From assembly GCA_045539895.1 (NCBI GenBank), contig JAZQGE010000055.1, positions 1,733-65,732 on the forward strand: 64,000 nt of DNA. Direction: 5' to 3'. The DNA comes from Acutalibacteraceae bacterium. Lineage in GTDB: Bacteria > Bacillota > Clostridia > Oscillospirales > Acutalibacteraceae. Of the stretch, positions 1 through 8,918 are shown one piece after another. Position 1 is the first letter of the stretch, and each line of letters opens with the position of its first letter. Below the pieces are notes generated by a model. It did not search any database and was not told the origin of the DNA. It was given only the letters and a program-made list of their open reading frames with translations. The position numbers and the translations under genes were made by a program.

Positions 1-217
1 TGAGCTCTGACCACATGGGGAGGGCTTGTTTTTTGTGGAAAATCTAAAAAGTTACAAAAGGTTACAAAACGGTGTCAAAATGGTTTTTTAATATTATTTT
101 AAGAATTATAAATGACATTTTATGTCATTTATGTGTATACCTTGTTAAGCTGTAAAACACAAAAACCAAGCAAAATCAAGGCTTTTCGGGTTTCTTAAAA
201 TTATTACAAAAAGTTAC

Positions 218-244
218 AAAAAAACAGGGCGTATATACGCCCTG
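218..244 (-). terminator. Intrinsic terminator after the GPH-family transporter gene
   Basis: Perfect hairpin CAGGGCGTATATACGCCCTG (225-244). On the minus strand it is followed by a 7-nt U-tract (A-run 218-224 on plus). It lies 15 nt past the stop codon. Confidence 0.75.
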
Positions 245-258
245 AAATTTTACCGTTA

Positions 259-1698
259 TTAATACTTTCTGCTGAGCATTTTCTCTGCTTCGTCGCGTGT
301 GATTTTTCCCGCATTGCAGTCAGTCATAACCTGAACATCCTTGTCATTGAGCTTATAGAAATGCCAGATTATATATGCGATAAGACAGCCGATTGCAGGA
401 ATCATTGCGTAGCTGAACCAGAGCACATCAAGTGCGTGCTGACTCTGCTGAACACCAAGCGCCTGAAGCTCTTCAAAGCTTTCAACCTCAACCGTAATCC
501 AGCCTGTCGATTTAAGGCCAAGCAGGAACATACCGAGAGCACCGGAAATAGCGGCTGTAAGCTTGACCATAAAGGTCTGGATTGCAAAAGTAATTCCCTT
601 TGCCTCAATACCGCTCTTGAATTTACCGTATTCAGCACAGTCGGGTGTGAAGATAAACATGATGACACCGATAATTGCAAGCGGAACAGAACGGATAACA
701 TAGAGTACAATGTGAAGAATAAGGTTATTGTAGCCGACAAGCCACATAATGAGGCTGAGAACTACCATCAGCACTGCACAAAGCTTATACAGCTTCATTT
801 TGTCTATCTTGCGCAGCATTGTAGGCACAAGAAGAGAGAAAATGAGCGAAGGCACTGTACCGCAGGCGCTTACAATAAGAGAGAAGAGTGTATCGTTGAA
901 CAAATAGTAGGAAACAAGAAGATTGAGCGCACCGCTGATATTTGCGGCAGAATAGAAGAAGAAACCTACATAATAAATAAGAAGATACTTGTTTTTGAAA
1001 AGATAGCTGAGCATTCTGCGTATTGTAAAGCTTTCTTCTTCGGTGGGAACATAGCGCTCGTTGAGGGTTTTAAGCACGGGCACCATTGTTACAAAAGCAA
1101 ATACAGCCACAGCGGCAGCAACCCAGGCATAGCTCAGACCTACATGCTCACTGACAAACACTGTACCAACAACCGTAATGAAAGCAATGCCTACACCTGC
1201 CCAGATACTCTTATAAGACAGCATGGAGCTTCTTTCTTCAAGATTTCGTGTCATTGCGGTGATTGAGCCATAAATCGGCACATCACACAGTGTATATGCC
1301 GTATCCCAAATAATGTAAGCAACAGCAAACCAGAGAAGCTTCATCGTTTCACCGGAGCTTTTCGGTATACAGAAAAGCAGAAGCGTTGCCAAAGGAGTAA
1401 GAATTGTTGAAATTTTAAGCCAGGGCAGATATTTCTTGCCGCTTTTAAATTTTACGGAGTCGAAAATAACTCCGAATAAAGCATCATTTACTGCATCCCA
1501 TATTTTAACTGCAAGCATAACCGCCGCAGACTTTGCAGGATTGATGCCAAGGAACATCAGATAAGTTGTGAGATAATTTGCAAGCAGAAAATAAATAGCA
1601 TTCTGACCTGCAAAATAGAGATAATAACTCTTTCTTTCAAGCGGAGTGGTTTCCCACCCTGCAGGGGTTGATTTAAGTTTTTCCATAAGCTGTTTCAT
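259..1698 (-). CDS. Glycoside-pentoside-hexuronide (GPH)/MFS family sugar:cation symporter (MelB/YicJ-like)
   Basis: 479-aa polytopic membrane protein. The N-terminus (ERKSYYLYFAGQNAIYFLLANYLTTYLMFLGINPAKSAAVMLAVKIWDAVNDALFGVIFD) is typical of GPH symporters. About 12 hydrophobic segments. Confidence 0.8.
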   Translation of the reverse strand: MKQLMEKLKSTPAGWETTPLERKSYYLYFAGQNAIYFLLANYLTTYLMFLGINPAKSAAVMLAVKIWDAVNDALFGVIFDSVKFKSGKKYLPWLKISTILTPLATLLLFCIPKSSGETMKLLWFAVAYIIWDTAYTLCDVPIYGSITAMTRNLEERSSMLSYKSIWAGVGIAFITVVGTVFVSEHVGLSYAWVAAAVAVFAFVTMVPVLKTLNERYVPTEEESFTIRRMLSYLFKNKYLLIYYVGFFFYSAANISGALNLLVSYYLFNDTLFSLIVSACGTVPSLIFSLLVPTMLRKIDKMKLYKLCAVLMVVLSLIMWLVGYNNLILHIVLYVIRSVPLAIIGVIMFIFTPDCAEYGKFKSGIEAKGITFAIQTFMVKLTAAISGALGMFLLGLKSTGWITVEVESFEELQALGVQQSQHALDVLWFSYAMIPAIGCLIAYIIWHFYKLNDKDVQVMTDCNAGKITRDEAEKMLSRKY

Positions 1699-2075
1699 TG
1701 CGACAAAAAACCACCTTTCCTGCGTTTTATTATACAGCCCCTCATCTTTATTGTCAACCGTACAAAAACCTGTTTTTATCCGTGAATATTGAACTTTTAA
1801 TGAAAATAATTTATATCGATTATATTTATTAAATATTGTTTCGATAATTTACCGTTTGTCGGGGAAAAAATTAGGAAATCGGAATGCAGAATTAGGAATA
1901 AAGGGTGAGCTTGCGCGTACACCCATTATATACTGGTGCGTGTGACCCGCCATCAATTCCTAATTCATAATTCCTAACTCCGAATTAAACTGTAATTTAC
2001 AAATTAATCTTATCCCGCTCTATCACTGATGTTTTATATATCAACTTAATTGAGGTATCGGGTACAGCGGCACGC

Positions 2076-2091
2076 TGTTTCACGTGAAACA
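2076..2091. promoter_or_regulatory. parS: parS centromere-like site (perfect 16-bp palindrome)
   Basis: TGTTTCACGTGAAACA matches the Firmicute parS consensus TGTTNCACGTGAAACA. It lies about 165 nt downstream of the ParB/Noc-family gene. Confidence 0.8.
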
Positions 2092-2254
2092 TTTTTCCAT
2101 ACTGCAGTTTATCTCGTTTCATAATTCTTACTGAATATATACATATATTGAGGCATTAAATGACAAAAGGACAGACGGATTAACGCCTGCCCTTTTGCCG
2201 GATGTGGGGTGTGAAAGAGAAAGATATGGGTCGGTTCCGTTGAAACAGAACCTT

Positions 2255-3094
2255 TTATGTGGAAACCGCCTGCGCCTTGGCTTTGAGCACAGGGGTTGTT
2301 CCCGGTTGCTTAGGAATACGCACAACATATTCTATGTATTCCTCAGTTTCGCTTTTTACAGAATCTGCATCAATGCCTGCCCTGCGGATTGTGTCAACTG
2401 CGTGATTGAGTGTGTTCACAAACAGCCTTACATCGCGGATGCTGTGAAGAGGAATTCTTCTGCTGTTCTTTTTTCTTCCAAGCATCTGAGTAATCATTCG
2501 CTCGCTTTCAGCAACTGTCAGATGCTTATCTGCTATAATACTGAGCGCTCTTGCGCGCATTTTGCTGTCCTCAAGCCTCAGAAGTGCCCTCGCGTGCCTT
2601 TCAGATAAGCCTTCCTTTACTATTTTCTGCTGTTCTTCAGCTGTGAGAGCAAGTAAACGGAGCTTGTTTGAAATTGTGGACTGTGCCTTTCCGAGTCTTT
2701 TTGATATATCCTCTCGGCTCAGACCAAAATCCTTGTTAAGCTTGTCTATTGCAAGCGCCTCTTCAAAAAAGCCTAAGTTCTGTCGCTGAATGTTTTCAAT
2801 CAGAGAAAAAACAGCAGATTTTTCATCGTCTATGTTCATCATAATGCAGGGTATTTTTGAAATACCTACCATTCTCGCTGCTATAAGCCGCCTTTCCCCT
2901 GCTATCAGCTCAAACTTACCTTCTTCTGTAGGTCTGACTGTAAGTGGCTGAAGCAGACCGTTGGCGCGGATGCTTTCCGCAAGTCCGTTAAGCTCATCAA
3001 AATCAAACCTTAGTCTTGGCTGATTCGGGTTAGGTACAATGCTTTCCTGTTCAATCAGCAAAATTTGTCCTGCTATCTGTCTTTTCTGTTTCAT
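2255..3094 (-). CDS. noc: ParB/Spo0J/Noc-family DNA-binding protein with a Noc-like C-terminus
   Basis: ParB box LIAGERRLIAARMVG, then LIENIQRQNL, then HTH region GKAQSTISNKLRLL. The C-terminal DVRLFVNTLNHAVDTIRRAGI...EEYIEYVVRIPK resembles the B. subtilis Noc tail. It sits directly downstream of rsmG as in other Firmicutes. I chose the start at ATG 3094 (GGAA 7 nt upstream) rather than the ORF-track start at 3187, which has no RBS. Confidence 0.8.
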   Translation of the reverse strand: MKQKRQIAGQILLIEQESIVPNPNQPRLRFDFDELNGLAESIRANGLLQPLTVRPTEEGKFELIAGERRLIAARMVGISKIPCIMMNIDDEKSAVFSLIENIQRQNLGFFEEALAIDKLNKDFGLSREDISKRLGKAQSTISNKLRLLALTAEEQQKIVKEGLSERHARALLRLEDSKMRARALSIIADKHLTVAESERMITQMLGRKKNSRRIPLHSIRDVRLFVNTLNHAVDTIRRAGIDADSVKSETEEYIEYVVRIPKQPGTTPVLKAKAQAVST

Positions 3095-3204
3095 AATCAA
3101 GTTCCTTTTCGAAAATACATAAGCTCCTGCCTTCTGCCATGATGTTAGCAGAAAAACAGGAGCTTGTCCAGCAAAACCGTGCGACATAAAAGTGCCTGAT
3201 ATTC

Positions 3205-3942
3205 TTATTTTTTGGGCATTCCGAGCGGTTCTTTTGCAATTTTTGCCGAAGCTCGCGGATATTTGGGCGGTGTTGGCGAAACTTTCTTGATAACAACTAT
3301 GTTTCTTTCGCCCATATCGCTGAGGAATATCTGTTTTACATCAGCTATTTCGCCGCCGAGGATTTTAATAGCTGTTTTTGCTTCTTCAATTTCTTCCTGA
3401 GCCTTTGCGCCCTTAAGAGCAACAAAAGTTCCGCCAACCTTTGTTAAAGGAAGGCAATATTCGGAAAGGTCGCGCAAATTAGCTACAGCGCGTGAGAACG
3501 AAAAATCAAATCTGTTGCGCAGCTGAAGCTTGATTCCTGCCTCCTCAGCTCTCATATGTAAAGTTCTTCCATGCTCTTCAAGACCGAGCTTACCCAGAGC
3601 ATAGTCAACAAACATCAGCTTTTTCTTTGTGCTGTCAAGCATAACACCGTAAAGGTCGGGTCTTGCAATAAGAAGCGGTATGCCGGGGAAACCGCCGCCT
3701 GTGCCAACATCAATAAAGCCTGCTCCCTTGGGCACATCAACAGCGGCAAAAGCTGTTAGAGAATCGGCAAAATGCTTATATACAATACCCATAGGGTCAG
3801 TTATAGCGGTCAGATTGATTCTGCTGTTCCAATCAACAAGCATAGATGCAAATGCATCAAAGTTAGAAAGAGCTGTTTCATCAAGCTCAACACCGAGTCT
3901 TTCTGCTTCTTCTTTTAATAATTTTAAATCTATCATAGACAT
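3205..3942 (-). CDS. rsmG: 16S rRNA (guanine527-N7)-methyltransferase RsmG (GidB)
   Basis: 245 aa. SAM-binding motif IDVGTGGGFPGIPL. Conserved position after mnmG. Confidence 0.9.
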   Translation of the reverse strand: MSMIDLKLLKEEAERLGVELDETALSNFDAFASMLVDWNSRINLTAITDPMGIVYKHFADSLTAFAAVDVPKGAGFIDVGTGGGFPGIPLLIARPDLYGVMLDSTKKKLMFVDYALGKLGLEEHGRTLHMRAEEAGIKLQLRNRFDFSFSRAVANLRDLSEYCLPLTKVGGTFVALKGAKAQEEIEEAKTAIKILGGEIADVKQIFLSDMGERNIVVIKKVSPTPPKYPRASAKIAKEPLGMPKK

Positions 3943-3958
3943 AATTGCAGTTTCTCCT

Positions 3959-5824
3959 TTAATTCTCGCTCAGACGAATAAGCAGAACGGAAATATCTGC
4001 CGGACTGACACCGCTTATTCTTGAAGCCTGTCCGATATTTTCGGGGCGAACCTTATTTAGCTTTTCAACAGCCTCAAGGCGCAGACCGACGATTTTTGAG
4101 TAATCTATATTTTCAGGCAGTTTTTTTACCTCAAGGCGGCGCATTTCCGCAACCTGAGCCTCCTGCCTCTTTAAATAGCCTTCATATTTGATTGAAATTT
4201 CAACCTGTTCGTAAACCTCGTAAGGTAACTCAGGTCTTTCTTTATCAAAGGGAGCAAGGTCAGCATAGCTTATCTGAGGTCTTTTGAGAAGCTCAACCAT
4301 TCTTACACCTATGTTTAACGCAGATGTTTCACGTGAAACAAGCATTTCGTTTAACTCGGCGGACGGGTGAATAACAACAAGCTTTACTCTTTCCGCCTCT
4401 TCAGCTATCATTTCAAGCTTGCGGTTATATTTTTCCCAGCGGTCATCCCCTATCAGACCAATCTCTCTGCCAAGAGGAGTTAATCGTTGGTCTGCATTGT
4501 CCTGTCTTAAAAGCAGACGGTATTCGGAGCGAGAAGTCATCATTCTGTACGGGTCGGTACATCCTTTTGTGACAAGGTCATCAATCAGTGTGCCGATATA
4601 GCTTCCTGCGCGGTCAAGAATTACAGGTTCAAGTCCTTTTATCTTTCTTGCCGCATTGATACCTGCAACAAGACCCTGTGCAGCAGCTTCTTCATAACCG
4701 CTTGAGCCGTTGAACTGTCCTGCACCGTAAAGTCCTTCAAAATCACGGAATTCCAAGCTTGAACGCAGCGAAAGAGGGTCAACACAGTCATATTCAATTG
4801 CATAGGCTGTTCTCATAACCTGTGCATGTTCAAGACCGGGTATTGTATGAAGAAATTCAAGCTGAACATCTTCGGGCAGAGAGGAAGAAAGACCTTGCAG
4901 ATACATCTCCTGAGTATCTCCTCCGCAAGGCTCAACAAAAAGCTGATGTCTTTCTTTTTCTGCAAAGCGGACAATTTTATCCTCAATGCTCGGACAGTAT
5001 CGCGGACCCACACCGTCAATCTTGCCGCCATAAAGCGGAGAGCGGTGCAAATTATCAAGAATTATCTGCTTTGTCCTTTCATTTGTATATGTTACATAGC
5101 AGGCTTCAGTGTTTTCAATTTCACCTTCAAAGCCGAAAGAAAACGGAACCTTGTGCTCATCGCCGTATTGAGGCTCCATTACACTGAAATCAATGCTGTT
5201 GCGGTTAAGCCTTGGCGGTGTGCCCGTTTTAAATCGTCGCAAGCTCACACCTAAATCCTTTAAAGACTGTGCAAGCTCCGTTGCCGGAAACATACCGTCA
5301 GGACCGCTTTCATAAGAAACATCGCCCACGAAGATTCTGCCGCCAAGGAATGTACCTGTTGCAAGAATTACACATTTTGCCGTATATTCAGCCTCTAAAC
5401 GCGTAAAAAGATGCCACAAACCGTTTTCATCACGGGTGACAGATACAATTTCAGCCTGCTTAAGCTGCAAATCGGGCTGATTTTCTATTACATTTTTCAT
5501 ATATGCACAGTATCTGCGCCTGTCAATCTGAGCACGAAGGCTATGAACAGCAGGGCCTTTACCTGTGTTAAGCATTCGTGTCTGCAATGTGTTTTTATCT
5601 GCGGCAATTCCCATTTCACCGCCGAGCGCATCAATCTCGCGCACAAGATGACCCTTTGATGTGCCGCCGATTGAGGGGTTGCAAGGCATATTGCCGACAG
5701 AATCAAGGTTGATTGCAAACATAATTGTTTTGCAACCAAGGCGCGCAGAAGCAAGCGCCGCCTCAATTCCCGCGTGACCGCCGCCAATAACTGCAATATC
5801 TACATTTTCTGCAAAATACTTCAT
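3959..5824 (-). CDS. mnmG: tRNA uridine 5-carboxymethylaminomethyl modification enzyme MnmG (GidA)
   Basis: 621 aa. N-terminal FAD motif DIAVIGGGHAGIEAA, then PCNPSIGGTSKGHLVREIDALGG. Follows mnmE. Confidence 0.95.
   Translation of the reverse strand: MKYFAENVDIAVIGGGHAGIEAALASARLGCKTIMFAINLDSVGNMPCNPSIGGTSKGHLVREIDALGGEMGIAADKNTLQTRMLNTGKGPAVHSLRAQIDRRRYCAYMKNVIENQPDLQLKQAEIVSVTRDENGLWHLFTRLEAEYTAKCVILATGTFLGGRIFVGDVSYESGPDGMFPATELAQSLKDLGVSLRRFKTGTPPRLNRNSIDFSVMEPQYGDEHKVPFSFGFEGEIENTEACYVTYTNERTKQIILDNLHRSPLYGGKIDGVGPRYCPSIEDKIVRFAEKERHQLFVEPCGGDTQEMYLQGLSSSLPEDVQLEFLHTIPGLEHAQVMRTAYAIEYDCVDPLSLRSSLEFRDFEGLYGAGQFNGSSGYEEAAAQGLVAGINAARKIKGLEPVILDRAGSYIGTLIDDLVTKGCTDPYRMMTSRSEYRLLLRQDNADQRLTPLGREIGLIGDDRWEKYNRKLEMIAEEAERVKLVVIHPSAELNEMLVSRETSALNIGVRMVELLKRPQISYADLAPFDKERPELPYEVYEQVEISIKYEGYLKRQEAQVAEMRRLEVKKLPENIDYSKIVGLRLEAVEKLNKVRPENIGQASRISGVSPADISVLLIRLSEN
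4325..4340. promoter_or_regulatory. parS: Second parS site, embedded in the mnmG coding sequence
   Basis: The identical 16-bp palindrome TGTTTCACGTGAAACA occurs inside mnmG. Origin-proximal intragenic parS sites are usual in Firmicutes. Confidence 0.7.
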
Positions 5825-5866
5825 AATTTCACTTCTATACTAAAAATGTCATTTTTTGTCATTTTT

Positions 5867-7243
5867 TTATTTACCGACACAGAATCTTGAAAACACTTCA
5901 TTTATTACTGCATCGGTTGCTTTCTCGCCAGTCAATGTGAGAAGCTCGTTTATTGCACTGTCTGTGCTGACTGTTACAGCATCAAGTGTCATGTTCATCT
6001 TAAGTGCCGAAATAGCCTCACGGACACATTCTGCCGCTTTTTCACAGCAAATGCGCTGTCTTTCATTTGCAAGCAGTGCCGCTGATGTATCAACATTGTC
6101 GGTACCAAGCGCCTTTTCAACTGCTTCAGCTAATTTTTCAGCACCTGTGCCGTCCTTTGCGCTGATATAAACAATATGCTCAAACTGATTAAGCACAGAT
6201 TTATCAAATTTCGGTTCAAGGTCATCTTTATTGACAACTGCAACAGCACACTTGCCCTTGCAAAGCTCAAGCACAGCCATATCCTCACTGTCAGTTTCAC
6301 GCGAAAGGTCAAAAACTGCAAGTACTAGTGAAGCTCTCTCTACCCTGCCGACAGCAAAATCAACACCTATTTTTTCAACCTCATTTGCAGTTTCTCTGAT
6401 TCCGGCTGTGTCTGCAAGGTGAAGCACAACATTGCCAAGCCTTACTGTGTCCTCAACAACATCACGCGTTGTGCCGGCTATATCTGTTACTATTGAGCGC
6501 CTGAAGCCTGCAATATAATTCATCAGTGTGCTTTTACCTACATTCGGTTTGCCTGCAATAACTGTGTCAACACCTTCAGTAACAGCTCTGCCTGCATCAT
6601 AGTTTGAAAGCAGTGATTCAAGCGATTCAAGCACCTGTTCATAATCAGAAATCAGTTTGTCAGTTGAAATTTCTTCAATTTCATCATCGGGATAGTCAAC
6701 CCAGGCGGCAAGATAAGCAGAATCTGTAATCAGAATCTGTGCAGCCGCAAGAATTTTTTTACTGAGTGCACCCTCAAGTGCAGTCAGAGCCGCACCTGCG
6801 CTCTGCTCACCCTGAGCTGAAATAAGGCTCATAACAGCCTCAGCTTCTGTCAGGTCAAGCTTACCGTTTAAAAAGGCGCGTTTTGTAAATTCACCGGGTG
6901 CAGCAGGCTGAGCACCGGCATTGAGAACTGCGCGAAGTACACGGCTTACAACATAAACACCGCCGTGACACGAAATTTCCGCAACATCCTCACCCGTATA
7001 GCTGTGAGGAGCACGGAAAACAAGCAACACCGCCTCATCAATCGGCTTGCCTGCGTCAATTATAGTGCCATGTGCAGCAGTATAACCCTTCATCATATTA
7101 ACTTGCTTATTGCCTGACGGAAGAAAAACTCTGCTTGCAATTTCAATTGCATTGTCGCCCGAAATACGGATAACTCCGATTCCTCCGGCCGCAACAGGAG
7201 TTGAGATTGCAGCAACGGTTGATGTGTTTTTCACATTCTTCAC
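5867..7243 (-). CDS. mnmE: tRNA modification GTPase MnmE (TrmE)
   Basis: 458 aa. G1 motif GKPNVGKSTLMN, G3 motif DTAGIRE. The C-terminal CVGK is the characteristic C(I/L/V)GK motif. Confidence 0.95.
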   Translation of the reverse strand: MKNVKNTSTVAAISTPVAAGGIGVIRISGDNAIEIASRVFLPSGNKQVNMMKGYTAAHGTIIDAGKPIDEAVLLVFRAPHSYTGEDVAEISCHGGVYVVSRVLRAVLNAGAQPAAPGEFTKRAFLNGKLDLTEAEAVMSLISAQGEQSAGAALTALEGALSKKILAAAQILITDSAYLAAWVDYPDDEIEEISTDKLISDYEQVLESLESLLSNYDAGRAVTEGVDTVIAGKPNVGKSTLMNYIAGFRRSIVTDIAGTTRDVVEDTVRLGNVVLHLADTAGIRETANEVEKIGVDFAVGRVERASLVLAVFDLSRETDSEDMAVLELCKGKCAVAVVNKDDLEPKFDKSVLNQFEHIVYISAKDGTGAEKLAEAVEKALGTDNVDTSAALLANERQRICCEKAAECVREAISALKMNMTLDAVTVSTDSAINELLTLTGEKATDAVINEVFSRFCVGK

Positions 7244-7439
7244 CTTAAATGCTTAAGATATTAATACAAATAAATATTATATAAAAAAAAGGTATCAATT
7301 GCAATAGTTATAATTCTTAAACATAAATAATTAATTTTATATTTTTATAGACAATAATTCTTTTTTATGCTAAAATATTAGAATATTGGGTAAAATGTAT
7401 CTGTATGTAATTTTTTAGAAAAGGAGCGCTGTTTTTATT

Positions 7440-8873
7440 ATGACACTTAAAGAAAAAGCACAGCGTGCCGCAGCTTCGGCTGTACTTGAGCAATCTTTAA
7501 AATATATCAAAAAAAATCCGCACGAAAACCTTGTAAAGCTTGTCGATAAGGTTGAATCCTTTGCCGGTAAGGTTTTTCCTGCAAAAAATTTTGATAAATT
7601 CCGCGAAGGTGCAGCTGACCCTGACAATGTTTACACTCAGCTTGTACTTCGTGCAATCAATGACCTTGACCCTGGTGTTTTTAATGGCATGGCAATGGCA
7701 TTAGGTTTAGGTGTTGCCGCCGGAACAAAAACAGTAAGAGAAAATCGAGAAAAGTATCATTGCAATATTCCTTTTATTACTCTTATCGACCCGACAAGCG
7801 CCTGCAACCTCAAATGTAAAGGCTGCTGGTCAGCAGAATACGGTCATAAGCTCAGACTCAGCTATGAGGAAATGGAATCTATTGTTGAACAGGGCCGTGA
7901 GCTTGGCACACACCTTTACATGTTTACCGGCGGAGAACCGCTAATCTGTAAAAAAGAAATTCTCAAGCTTTGCGAAACATATCCGCAGTGTGCTTTCCTT
8001 GCCTATACAAACGCAACTCTTATTGACCAACAGTTCTGCGACGATTTAAAGAGAGTCGGCAACCTTGCACTTGCAATCAGCATTGAGGGCGATGAAGAAA
8101 GCAACGATTTCCGCAGAGGTGACGGTGCTTATAAAACCTCCGTTGAGGCTATGGAGCTTCTTAAAAAGAATGGCTGCCTTTTCGGTATTTCCGTTTGCTA
8201 CACAAGCAAGAATATATATTCTGTCACAAGCGACGAATTCCTTGACGATATGATTTCAAAGGGTGTTATGTTCAGTCTTTATTTCAATTATATGCCTCTT
8301 GGTAAAGGTGCTCTGCCTGAGCTAATTCCCGACCCCGAACAAAGAAAATATATGTATAAGAGAATCCGCGACCTCAGAAATTCAAAAACAGGTAAATCAA
8401 TGTTCATTATGGATTTCCAGGGTGACGGAGAATATGTCGGCGGTTGTATTGCAGGCGGCAGAAACTATTTTCATGTAAATTCTGCAGGAGATATTGAGCC
8501 CTGCGTTTTCATTCACTTCTCAGATTCAAATATCCGCACTCATACTTTACTTGAGGCACTGCAGAATCCGCTGTTTATGTCGTTCTATAAAAATCAGCCG
8601 TTTAACGATAATCACATGCGTCCCTGCCCGATGCTTGAAAACCCCGATTATCTGTGCAGAATTGTTAAAGAAACAGGCGCAAAATCAACCGACCTTATTG
8701 ACCAGGAATCTGCAGAGGACCTTTGCGCTAAGTGCAGAAAATTTGCAGAAGAATGGGCACCTGTTGCAAAAGAGGTATGGGAATCCACACCGCATAAGCC
8801 CAGCAAGACTTACTACTACCGCGACACTCCCGAAGGTAAGGCTGAGCTTGAAAAAAAGAATAGCGAAGAATAA
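7440..8873 (+). CDS. Radical SAM protein of unknown function
   Basis: 477 aa. CxxxCxxC motif in TSACNLKCKGCWSAEYG. GGEPL SAM-binding motif. Additional C-terminal Cys residues (GGCIAGG...EPCVF...MRPCPM) suggest an auxiliary cluster. Confidence 0.75.
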   Translation: MTLKEKAQRAAASAVLEQSLKYIKKNPHENLVKLVDKVESFAGKVFPAKNFDKFREGAADPDNVYTQLVLRAINDLDPGVFNGMAMALGLGVAAGTKTVRENREKYHCNIPFITLIDPTSACNLKCKGCWSAEYGHKLRLSYEEMESIVEQGRELGTHLYMFTGGEPLICKKEILKLCETYPQCAFLAYTNATLIDQQFCDDLKRVGNLALAISIEGDEESNDFRRGDGAYKTSVEAMELLKKNGCLFGISVCYTSKNIYSVTSDEFLDDMISKGVMFSLYFNYMPLGKGALPELIPDPEQRKYMYKRIRDLRNSKTGKSMFIMDFQGDGEYVGGCIAGGRNYFHVNSAGDIEPCVFIHFSDSNIRTHTLLEALQNPLFMSFYKNQPFNDNHMRPCPMLENPDYLCRIVKETGAKSTDLIDQESAEDLCAKCRKFAEEWAPVAKEVWESTPHKPSKTYYYRDTPEGKAELEKKNSEE

Positions 8874-8878
8874 AAAAT

Positions 8879-8912
8879 GAGCTTTCGATTTTTTCGAAAG
8901 CTCTCTTTTTTT
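8879..8912. terminator. Bidirectional intrinsic terminator between the convergent radical-SAM and EEP genes
   Basis: Hairpin GAGCTTTCG / CGAAAGCTC. It is flanked by an A-run upstream and TCTTTTTTTT downstream. Confidence 0.7.
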
Positions 8913-8918
8913 TAACTA

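Noticed and set aside
41-225. Recurring GTTACAAAA(G) words (about 51, 63, 213), also seen in the palindrome at 42091-42120, and the perfect palindrome ATAAATGACAT-TT-ATGTCATTTAT (about 110-133)
   Set aside because: These are short A/T-rich words in A/T-rich spacers. A shared 10-mer at two loci is only marginally unexpected, and I see no consistent spacing or gene association. I note them but do not call them sites.
361-1266. 301-aa ORF on the plus strand
   Set aside because: It is entirely antisense to the well-supported GPH transporter gene. The sequence is Cys/His/Asn/Lys-rich, low-complexity and looks like translated antisense. It has no RBS or motif support.
3095-3187. N-terminal extension of the ParB/Noc gene (ORF-track start 3187), and likewise the dnaA extension 12585-12707
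   Set aside because: The extensions have no Shine-Dalgarno sequence and encode atypical residues. The internal ATGs at 3094 and 12584 have purine-rich RBS-like sequences and give canonical N-termini.
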